Source: Octopus sinensis (taxonomy: Eukaryota). From it: a stretch of 18,953 nucleotides of DNA. This document shows, piece by piece, positions 1 through 8,549 of this stretch (position 1 is its first letter; each line of letters opens with the position of its first letter). A program made the translations under genes and the position numbers. Under the pieces are notes generated by a model. The model did not search any database and was not told the DNA's origin. It saw only the letters and a program-made list of their open reading frames with translations. The stretch covers positions 1 to 18,953 of the forward strand of contig NW_021824397.1 of NCBI RefSeq assembly GCF_006345805.1. The letters run 5' to 3'.

Positions 1-420
1 CCCATCCATCCATCCATCCATCCACCCACCCACCCACACATCCATCCATCCACCCACCCACCCATCCATCCATCCACTCAATCCATCCATCCACCCAGCC
101 ACTCATCCACCCATCCATCCATCCATCCATCCATCCATCCATCCATCCATCCACTCATCCATTCACCCATCCATTCACCCATCCACCCATCCATCCACAC
201 ATCTATCCATCCACCCATCCACCCATCCATCCACCCACCCATTCACCCTTCCACCCATCCATCCACCCACCCATTCATCCATCCACCCATCCATCCAAGC
301 ATCCACCCACCCATCCATCCACCCATCCATCCACCCATCCATCCACCCATCCATCCACTCATCCATCCATCCATCCACCCATCCACCCATCTACCCATCC
401 ATCCACTCATCCATCCAAAC
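1..420. repeat. (CCAT)n/(CCAC) tetranucleotide array; probably the expanded (GATG)n tail of the adjacent minus-strand RTE element
   Basis: Continuous CCAT/CCAC units from base 1 to ~420, abutting the 3' end of the RTE fragment. Confidence 0.95.
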
Positions 421-830
421 ATCTCCGCCTGCTATTCCTGGGAGGGTCCTGGGGGTTAAGTCCTCGGGTACCTCTTACATAGGGTCCTATCAAAAGCAAC
501 TGTTATTACACTTTCTGGTTGAATTACCAAGCGTGACCAACTGAGTCTGAGGGATATCATCCATTATTCTCGTTCTTGGTCTACCCCCTCCACCCCACCT
601 GGGTTTCTTGGCGTTTGGATCAGCTTGAAGAATCTGACTTGCGATTCTTCCCTGCGACATTCTAACCACGCGCCCGTAGTACCGGAACTGTGACCTCTCA
701 ATACGGAGATGCGGCAGTCGACCACCAGAGACTCCCTCATCTCCTTTGTTACGCACCTTGTCGTAAGTTCCTTCAGAAATCCTTCGGAGAAACCCCATTT
801 CGGCAACATGTATACGCGATCGCATTGTTT
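421..830 (-). mobile_element. RTE-clade non-LTR retrotransposon, 3' fragment (Rex3/Expander-like), frameshifted
   Basis: Minus-strand frames give RIHVAEMGFLRRI..DKVRN, EMRESL, LRIERSQFRYYGRVVRM, GRPRTR and [16 protein letters not shown], matching the RTE ORF2 C-terminus. It ends CCCCCAGGACCCTCCCAGGAATAG followed by (GATG)n, the layout I recall for Rex3/Expander 3' ends. Confidence 0.85.
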
Positions 831-851
831 TGGTGATTATCCAACATTCAT

Positions 852-990
852 TTCAAATTCCGCCGAGGTCGACTTTGCCTTTCATCCTTTCGGGGTCGAT
901 AAATTAAGTACCAGTCGCGTATTGGGGTCGGTCTACTCGACTGGTCCCCCCTCCCACAAAAATTTCGAGCCTTGTGCCTAGAGTAGAAAA
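852..990 (+). mobile_element. SINE-M, 5'-truncated copy with alternative 3' tail
   Basis: Shares TTCAAATTCCGCCGAGGTCGACTTTGCCTTTCATCCTTTCGGGGTCGATAAATTAAGTACCAG with copies at 1759 and 6184. Flanked by a 17-bp direct repeat GATTAT(C/T)CAACATTCAT (835-851 and 991-1007), one mismatch. Confidence 0.85.
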
Positions 991-1012
991 GATTATTCAA
1001 CATTCATGATCG

Positions 1013-1415
1013 TAGGCTTAGGAGTGGCTGTGTGGTAAGTAGCTTGCTTACCAACCACATGGTTCCGGGTTCAGTCCCACTGCCTGGCACCTTGGGCAAG
1101 TGTCTTCTACTATAGCCTCGGGCCGACCAAAGCCTTGTGAGTGGATTTGGTAGATGGAAACTGAAAGAAGCCCATCGTATATATATAAGTGTGTGTGTAT
1201 ATGTTTGTGTGTCTGTGTTTGTCTCCCAACATTGCTTTACAACCGATGCTGGTGTGTTTACGTCCCCGTAACTTAGCAGTTCGGCAAAAGGGACCGATAG
1301 AATAAGTACTAGGCTTACACAGAATAAGTCCTGGGGTTGATATGCTCGACTAAAAGGCGTTGCTCCAGCATGGCCGCAGTCAAATGACTAAAACAAGTAA
1401 AAGAGTAAAAGAGTA
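1013..1415 (+). mobile_element. SINE-A, full length (tRNA-like head, CORE-like segment, internal TA/TG microsatellite, AAAAGAGT-type 3' end)
   Basis: A-box-like TGGCTGTGTGG, B-box-like GGTTCAGTCCC, CCTTGGGCAAGTGTCTT; colinear with the reverse complements of 6760-7192, 14036-14463 and 14953-15358. Confidence 0.9.
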
Positions 1416-1725
1416 TAGGAGAGGATAAACATAAAAACTGAATTGAAACTAATGTGTTTGGCTTTTTTTTTTTTTTTGCCAACCTCTCCTCGGGATCGAA
1501 CGCTGAAACAGGACATTGCCGCGAAAGCTCAGTTTAATATGGACAGTGAGTTCGATCCTCTTCTTTTCACAAATAATCGGAAATACCGTCATCCAATTTA
1601 AGCCATAAGAACGTGCTATCGGTACTATCCTATTCATTGTATTTGATCATCGCCTACTTATCCTCCAAAGCAAAGGCATTGGTGCTGAGAACTACCAGGA
1701 CAAGATTCCGCAAATTGAACTTGTG

Positions 1726-2083
1726 TAGCTCCCGGGTAGTCCCACTATGTGGGACCTTGGCGGTGAGCTGGCAGAAACGTTAGCACGCCGGGCGAAATGC
1801 GTTGGCGTATTTCGTCTGCCGTTACGTTCCGAGTTCAAATTCCGCCGAGGTCGACTTTGCCTTTCATCCTGCCGGGGTCGATAAATTAAGTACCAGTTAC
1901 GCACTGGGGTCGATGTAATCGACTTAATCCGTTTGTCTTTCCTTGTTTGTCTCCTCTGTGTTTAGCCCCTTGTGGGTAGTAAAGAAATATATGTGGGACC
2001 TTGGCGTATTGTCTGTTATAATCCCGTGCCAACCAAAGCCTTGCGAGTGGATTTGGTAGACGGAAACTGAAGTGATCCAGTCG
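1726..2083 (+). mobile_element. SINE-A, old degenerate 5' half, split by the SINE-M insertion at 1759-1989
   Basis: CCGGGTAGTCCCACTATGTGGGACCTT before the insert and CCAACCAAAGCCTTGCGAGTGGATTTGGTAGACGGAAACTGAA after it align to SINE-A. Confidence 0.65.
1759..1989 (+). mobile_element. SINE-M, full length
   Basis: Head GGCGGTGAGCTGGCAGAAACGTTAG with B-box-like GAGTTCAAATTCC; near-identical to 6184-6404; TSD TATGTGGGACCTT at 1746-1758 and 1990-2002. Confidence 0.9.
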
Positions 2084-2445
2084 TGCACACACAAACACAC
2101 ACACATATACTTATACAGACATGCACACATACACACACAGACACACACACGGACACACACAGACACAGACGCACACTGACACAAACACACGCACACAGAC
2201 ACACACACACAAACACAGACACACACTCACACAGACAGACACAGACACAAACACACACACACAGACACACATACAAACACACGCACACAGACATACACAC
2301 ACAGACACACACACAGACACACACACAAACACACACACACTGACAGACACAGACTCAAACACACACACAGACACACGCACAAACACACACACACACACAC
2401 AGACATACACAGACACACACACACATATGCATATATATAATATGT
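2084..2445. repeat. Compound (CA)n/(CAGA)/(CAAA) microsatellite
   Basis: About 360 bp of CA-based units. Confidence 0.95.
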
Positions 2446-2648
2446 AAACAGGAGAGATTAGGTTGCATAATACTACAATCGTTTCATCATATCTTGACCA
2501 GCAGATAATACAAATATCTTATATTCGTACCTAAAACGCCTTCATTCGCCAGTGTTCCCGAAATAATGCTGATGCTATGTAATAAATTTAACGTAATTCT
2601 TATATATTTCGGTAATTATCATAATGCAACAGTTGTCGTATAATGCAA

Positions 2649-3053
2649 CTAGCAGCATAGCCCGGCGTTGCCCGGGTATGTAAGAGCCCCTAGTAGGCAA
2701 CGACTAATCCCAATCTAGTTCTTTCCCTCTAGGGAACGAAGGCGCATGTGTAGGCTGCAACGTCTTCTCTTCACTCGAACACTTCTATGTATACGATGTT
2801 CCTAGCTGTCTCCCGACTGAAAATGTGTTGCATATAAAAAGCTTAGATTCTCGACCCCATGTCGAATTTATGGTTTTTTTAAAAACTGGGGGAACTTTTC
2901 AAAATTTTCGCTGCGTTAGTTTTGAATTATGACATTGGGCTATGTGTGTGTCAAGTTCCATCAGAATCGGTTGAAAGCCGTGGTCAGGGTGAGGGTAACC
3001 TGACAGACATACAGACACACAGACAGACAAACTGCCGTTTATATATAGAGAGA
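2649..3053 (-). mobile_element. Non-autonomous Helitron (Lep1/DINE-1-like layout), 405 bp
   Basis: Minus strand reads A|TCTCTCTATATATAAAC...CCCGGGCAACGCCGGG-CTATGCTG-CTAG|T: 5' TC, 3' CTAG, subterminal GC hairpin (plus 2661-2676) 8 nt before CTAG, inserted between A and T, no TSD, (TGTC)n microsatellite near the 5' end. Confidence 0.8.
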
Positions 3054-3286
3054 TAAAGCATGTTTGCTCAGCTCACTCTGTCTTGATGACCTAGTTTTTA
3101 TCTACACGCTAAAGATATTTCTGGATTTCTAGATATTTCTTCATAAACACCATCAGTTTTTGTTGTGAAATTGCATCTGGGAGTCAAAACCCGTGAACGA
3201 TCTTTATAAAGCTAACTGCAGTTCATAACCAAATTATTTGTACACACACACACACCAACACACACACACACACACGTGTATATATA

Positions 3287-3575
3287 TCACGTGATCACGT
3301 GACCGATCAGGTTATCAGATGTTGTTACACATCGCTGGTCACAATGCGCATTGCATTGTTTTAGCCTTCAAGTGAGCACGCCAACAGAAGAAAGAGTGAG
3401 AGAAAGTTGTGTGGCTAAAGAGTACAACAGGGATCGCCACCAACCCCTGCCGGAGCCTCGTCGAGCTTTTTAGGTGTTTTCGCTCAATAAACACTCACAA
3501 TGCCCGGTCTGGGAATCGAAACCGCGATCCAACGGCCGCGAGTCCGCTGCCGTAACCACTGGGCCATTGCGCCTC

Positions 3576-3578
<3 letters not shown>
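3287..3578 (-). mobile_element. SINE-B with tail type 1 (ends in TCACGTGA repeats)
   Basis: Head GTGGAGGCGCAATGGCCCAGTGGTT...GGTTTCGATTCCCAGACC shared with the copies at 5502-5892 and 12459-12833; diverges from them after CAACTTTCTCTCACTCTT. Confidence 0.9.
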
Positions 3579-3606
<28 letters not shown>

Positions 3607-3642
3607 GTATATATGTATGTATATGTAAATATTATATATTAT

Positions 3643-3690
<48 letters not shown>
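3579..3690. repeat. (CA)n/(TA)n microsatellite
   Basis: Direct inspection. Confidence 0.95.
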
Positions 3691-3755
3691 ATTAAATACA
3701 TGACTGCAAGAGCTACTTATAGTTTCATGCTCTTATGGTATGATACTTATTTATA

Positions 3756-3945
3756 AGGTCGACTTTGCCTTTCATTTTTCGATGTCGATAAAATGAGTAC
3801 CAGTTCAGCTCTGGGGATGATGTAAAAATTAGAAAGGGTTACTATAAGGTACTGAAGAAGGGAAACTTTGTAGACTTTAAAAACTGGACAGTCGCCCCGC
3901 TACTGTCGGTCCCGGGCATGGTGATTTGCATAATGCTACTGAGAA
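3756..3945 (+). repeat. Local duplicate of 4827-5020 (SINE-M fragment joined to the 5' end of the RTE fossil)
   Basis: About 190-bp direct repeat offset by 1071 bp; I count about 10 substitutions over the ~165 bp after the T-run. Translates KVLKKGNFVDFKNWTVAPLLSVPGMVICIMLLR. Confidence 0.9.
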
Positions 3946-4225
3946 CTCAGACATATTTATAAAATACACCATGTATCTAAAAGCGATTTGTCAGGCTTTG
4001 TTTGTGCGTTATATATATTTTAAAAACAAGGACGCTGGGCAGTAAGAGAATAAGAATAAGCGTGGAAAAATCATGGCGAATTATATAAATATGCCTGTTC
4101 AAGCATCATAACAGTATGAAACTATTAGTAGCTCTTTCGGTTGTGTATTTAAATTGATATTTGTCTCTCACTAGATGGAATAGTTTTTTTGTTGTTGATT
4201 CTACCTCTGTTAGATCTTTAAACTA

Positions 4226-4440
4226 TGTGTGTGTGTGTGTGTGTCCCCCACTACCGCTTGATAACCGGTGTCGGGTTGTTTATGTCCCCGTAACTTAGCA
4301 GCTCGACTAAAAAAGAGATCTATAGAATAAATACCAGGCTTAAAATGAAATCAGGGGCAGAGGGTCGATTTGTTCGACTAAACTCTTTTACGTGGTGCCC
4401 CAGCATGGCCGCAGTCTAATGACTGAAACAAGTAAAATAA
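4226..4440 (+). mobile_element. SINE-A, 3' half (diverged)
   Basis: (TG)n then TCCCCGTAACTTAGC ... GGGTCGATTTGTTCGACTAAA ... CAGCATGGCCGCAGTCTAATGACTGAAACAAGTAAAA. Confidence 0.8.
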
Positions 4441-4749
4441 TGATAAATGACAAAAAGACTTTTGATAGGCAAAGCGTTAACCACACAACCATCTCCTATC
4501 ATCTGACCCTCAAATTGTGTCTCAGACAGTTACTATCACCCTTGGCCATGTCGGACTTGGAAGCCGTTGTGACTAAAGGAATGTTGCCCGTATTCCGCCA
4601 AACACTTAAGTCCCTGAGTTGGAATCTCATCAATGAATCCCGTTCAATGCTTTGTCCAGAAATAAAAGTGATTACATTACATTTCCAAAATCATTTCTGT
4701 TCAAATGGTAGCTTTACTTTTAGTGGGTTTTTTTTCTTATGGATATTGT

Positions 4750-4900
4750 TGCTAGCGCGTCGGACAAAATGCTTATCGGCATTTCTTTCTTCTGGCTTTT
4801 TTACGGTCTGAGTTTAAATTGCGCCGAGGTCGACTTTGCTTTCCATTTTTTTTTTTATGTCGATAAAATAAGTACCAGTTCAGCTCTAGGGTTGATGTAA
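4750..4900 (+). mobile_element. SINE-M, degenerate, 3'-truncated at the LINE junction
   Basis: CTAGCGCGTCGGACAAAATGCTT...TGAGTTTAAATTGCGCCGAGGTCGACTTTGC...GTCGATAAAATAAGTACCAG aligns to SINE-M. Confidence 0.7.
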
Positions 4901-5501
4901 TAATTAGAAAGGGTTACTATAAGGTAATGAAGAAGGGAAACTTTGTAGACTTCAAAAACTGGAGAGTCGTCCCGCCACTGTCGGTCCCGCGCATGGTGAT
5001 TTGCATAATGCTACTGAGAAGTCTGTGACAAGCGGTGGATTCTGTGCACAGAACAAATCTTCATTCAGCAGAACGTCATTGATTACCAGAATCCACAAAT
5101 AATCAACATCATTGATTTCCAGGCCTTTAATACTGTAAGTAAAAAATCCTTCTGGAAAAGTGTCATGTCATATGCCATCATGCAGCCCTTCTGAACATCT
5201 TCAAAAGCTTGTACAACTCAAGATGCTACATAAGAACTGAATCTGGAGTTCCTCAGCATTGCCTCCAGAGTCAGGTAACGCTTCAGTTTGTCTTCTTTAG
5301 TGTTTCTGCTGGCTGCCGACGGTGTCCCAGGAAAGACTGTTGGGCGGTTCCGACCATAGAATTCCTTGGAAAGGGCAAGCAAAGCTGAAAGCTCTTGACC
5401 TCACTGATGACATCGCACTGGTAACAGAAAATAGTGACGATCTGTAAGAGTTATCAATACCACCGTCACAAAATGCAGAGAAGATCGGGTTCAGAATCAG
5501 T

Positions 5502-5892
5502 GGATGGAAGCAATCCGTCGGTTACGACGATGCGGGTTCCGGTTGATCCGACAAACGCAACAGCCTGCTCGTGAAATTAACGTGTAAGTGGCTGAGCACT
5601 CCACAGACACGTGTACCCTTAACGTAGTTCTCGGGGATATTCAGCGTGACACAGAGAGTGACAAGGCCGGCCCTTTGAAATACAGGTACAACAGAAACAG
5701 GAAGTAAGAGTGAGAGAAAGTTGTGGCGAAAGAGTACAGCTGGGATCACCACCACCCCCTTCCCGAGACGCGTGGAGCTTTTAGGTGTTTTCGCTCAATA
5801 AACACTCACAACGCCCGGTCTGGGAATCGAAACCGCGATCCTACGACCGTGAGTCCGCTGCCCTAACCACTGGGCCATTGCGCCTCCACAAC
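5502..5892 (-). mobile_element. SINE-B with tail type 2, inserted in the RTE fossil
   Basis: Colinear with 12459-12833; 11-bp TSD TCAGAATCAGT at 5491-5501 and 5893-5903. Confidence 0.9.
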
Positions 5893-6183
5893 TCAGAATC
5901 AGTACGTCGAAGATGTATGCGATAAAGGTAGGTCACACCATGAACCAAGAAGCAGCTATCAAGGTCAACCAACACAACACAACACAACACAGACAAAGTG
6001 AACCAATTAATGTATCTGGGCAGTGTTGTAAACAGCACTAGCGATCTGGAACCAGAAAGTAGACTGCAGTATTAGAAAAGCGACAGCGTTATCCCAGCGT
6101 ACGCATCCCATCTGGGCAGCCTCGAATACCAAGACTGATGAGAAATTTCGTCTGTATAACTCCATTGTTCTGCCTATTGCTAA

Positions 6184-6404
6184 GGCGGCGAGCTGGTAGA
6201 AACGTTAGCACGCCGGGCGAAATTCGTAGCCGTATTTCGTCTGTCGTTGCGTTCCGAGTTCAAATTCCGCCGAGGTCGACTTTGCCTTTCATCCTTTCGG
6301 GGTCGATAAATTAAGTACCAGTTACGCACTGGGGTCGATGTAATCGACTTAATCCCTTTGTCTGTCCCCCCTGTGTTTAGCCCCTTGTGGGTAGTAAAGA
6401 AATA
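6184..6404 (+). mobile_element. SINE-M, full length, inserted in the RTE fossil
   Basis: Near-identical to 1759-1989; TSD TATTGCT at 6175-6181 and 6405-6411; removal restores the LINE frame SIVLPIA-VYANGT. Confidence 0.9.
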
Positions 6405-6458
6405 TATTGCTGTCTATGCCAACGGGACTTGAAAGAGAACTGTAGGGATGGGTAGAAA

Positions 6459-6611
6459 ACAAAATTGGTTGCTTGTTGGAAAACTGCAATTTGTTATACA
6501 ACCATGATATACTACCAAATAAATTAAAGGCTTATAAGCCAATATTGTGTCCCATCTGTGTTAGCTTGTGTGATTCAGTTAACTTTTAAAACTTATCTCT
6601 ACTTATTTTCT
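6459..6611. other. Unidentified 153-bp AT-rich insertion in the RTE fossil
   Basis: Bracketed by GTAGAAA at 6452-6458 and 6612-6618; LINE-like peptide stops before it and resumes after it. Confidence 0.45.
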
Positions 6612-6759
6612 GTAGAAATTAGAGTTAACACTGAAAGTTACGTTTCGCATGTAAACCATGCGACAAACGGCGAGACCATGTTACGGACGGGATTTTGAGA
6701 AGAGCGAGGCTAACACTAACGCAAGAATTTATGGAAGAGTACCGATTCTTCATGGCTCT

Positions 6760-6974
6760 CTATTTTTACTGGTTTCAGTCATTTGGCTGTGGCCATGCTG
6801 AAGCACCGCCTTTAGTCGAGCAAATCGAACCCAGGACTTATTCTTTGTAAGCCTAGTACTCATTTTGTCGGTCTCTTTTGCTGAACTGCTAAGTTATGGG
6901 GACGTAAACACACCAGCATCGGTTGTCAAGCGATGTTGTGTGTGTGTGGAGGGGACAAACACAGACACACAAAT

Positions 6975-7011
<37 letters not shown>

Positions 7012-7192
7012 TATATATACATATACACAACGGGCTTCTTTCATTTTCCGTCTACCAAATCCACTCACAAGGCTTTGGTCGACCCGAAGCTATAGTGGAA
7101 GACACTCGCCCAAGGTTCCACGCAGTGGGGCTGAACCCGGAATCATGTGGTTGGTAAGCAAGCTACTTACCACACAGCCACTCCTGCGCCTA
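6760..7192 (-). mobile_element. SINE-A, full length, inserted in the RTE fossil
   Basis: Reverse complement of the 1013-1415 layout; no TSD that I can see. Confidence 0.9.
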
Positions 7193-7774
7193 TTAGGTGT
7201 GGTCACATTTTCCGTCTAGCCGATCAACAGTACTCGAAAAGAGCGACGATTTGGGTACCATCTGACGTCAGGCGTGAGAGAGCTTGACTGAAGACCACTC
7301 TGCGGCTAACATTTCAAGATGACCTGAATATTGTGACCATTACATGGAATGGTTGTGTATGAGTAGCATCCTAGCGGACCCGGCAGAAAAAGGTCGGACC
7401 TCAGATATGCTGTGTGAAAATTTATATGCATCACCATCACTGTCTTACTCGCGGCTGCCGCCACCTACACAGCCTCCACCTGCCACCGCCGTTGCAGCCG
7501 TCACTACCGCCGCTACTGCCGCTGCTTGCCACTGCCACCGACGGCCTGCTTTGGCTAAGCAGATCTATGACGGAACGCGTCCCAGCCATGACCATCTTCC
7601 TTTAAACACACACACATTTCCGACACGGACGTGGTGTATGTGTGTGTGTGTGTGTATGTGTGTGTGTTTATGTGTGTGATTCTATCTTCTTTAAGGAGCT
7701 TAGGTGTCCTCATTGTGATTCGGCTGCTATTTCTAGCAGGTGGACCGTACGTATCGACGGTCCTTCAAAGGTGA

Positions 7775-8462
7775 TAATGATGATGTTGATGATAATGATG
7801 ACGACGACGACGACGGCAGGCACAGTGGTTATGGAGGTGGTTGCAATGGTGGTTGTGCTGGTGGTTGTAGTGGTGGTACTGGAAGTGGTGGTGATGGTGG
7901 TGCTGATGCTAAAAATGACAGCGAACGGTGGAAATCTTGATAGGTGTCCTTGAGTGATGACAGTTTAAAGGTTGTTGTTGCTGTGGTAACAGTGATGACG
8001 ATAGCTGTGAGGGCGGTGGCGGCGGCGGCGGCGGTGGTGATGGCAGTGGTGGCGGTGGTGGGGGATGGGGGTTGTTAGGCTGGTTACTGATTGTTGTGGT
8101 AGTGGTAGTGATGGTGGTGGTTGGTGGTGGTGGTGGTTCCAGTGATGGTATAGGTGGTTGTAGTGGTGGTGCCGTTAGTAACTGTGACAGCAATTGAGAT
8201 TATGTCGTTGTTGTTGTTGGTGGCGGTAGTGATAAGTAGTAGTAGTTAGTAGTAGTAGTAGTAGTAGTAGTAGAAGCGCAGCAGCAGTAGTAGTAATAGT
8301 TGCAGCAGTAGTAGTAGTAGTCGCATAGTTGTAGTAGCGTAGCAGTAGTAGTAGCAGTAGTAGTAGTAGTAGTAGTAAGTAGTAGTAGTAGTAGTAGTAG
8401 TAGTAGCAGCAGCAGCTGTAGTAGTAGTGGTAGCAATGGTCGTCGCAGCAGCAGCAGTAGTA

Positions 8463-8496
<34 letters not shown>

Positions 8497-8517
8497 CAGC
8501 AGCTGCAGCAACATCAT

Positions 8518-8549
<32 letters not shown>

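Larger units (their letters stand above)
4903..7410 (+). pseudogene. RTE-clade LINE fossil (reverse transcriptase to C-terminus), with stops and frameshifts, interrupted by four insertions
   Basis: Ordered degenerate motifs: KKGNFVDFKNWR..LSVP (4921-5025), INIIDFQAFNTV..SFWK (5102-5160), LDLTDDIAL (DD at 5406-5411), AEKIGFRIS, KVNQLMYLGS, KFRLYNSIVLPIA/VYANGT*K, LKVTFR..HATNGETMLRTG, GHIFRL..WVP..KTTLRLTFQDDL..ITWNG..VAS*RTR (7200-7390). Confidence 0.85.

Noticed and set aside
1512-1545. 34-nt exon-like segment with GTGAGT donor after a poly-T tract
   Set aside because: The acceptor context is poor (AAACAG, about 30 nt from the T tract), there is no partner exon, and the peptide is unrecognisable.
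1924-2447. Many ORFs of 65-108 aa rich in HT/CV repeats (also at 9018-9656, 9664-10489, 13171-13521, 18031-18653)
   Set aside because: They are translations of CA/TG/TA/TATG microsatellites, which lack stop codons in most frames.
3924-3931. Octamer ATTTGCAT (also 4999-5006)
   Set aside because: Both lie in the duplicated LINE-coding fossil (V-I-C-I codons), so they are one event and not evidence of a regulatory module.
4392-4811. 139-aa ORF with a protein-like middle (MSDLEAVVTKGMLPVFRQTLKSLSW...)
   Set aside because: It starts in a SINE-A tail and ends in a SINE-M; I recognise no homology and the only nearby donor (GTGATT) is weak. Not excluded as an exon, but unsupported.
5522-5755. Near-identical peptides MVVIPAVLF...PENYVKGTRVCG at 5522-5755 and 12589-12816, suggesting a small gene family
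   Set aside because: Both are inside SINE-B type-2 copies; similarity reflects the repeat. The same applies to the YQIHSQG/RLPNPLTR peptides from SINE-A.
6615-6710. Acceptor-like TTATTTTCTGTAG followed by an open frame IRVNTESYVSHVNHATNGETMLRTGF
   Set aside because: The sequence is better explained as frameshifted RTE codons (LKVTFR..HATNGETMLRTG).
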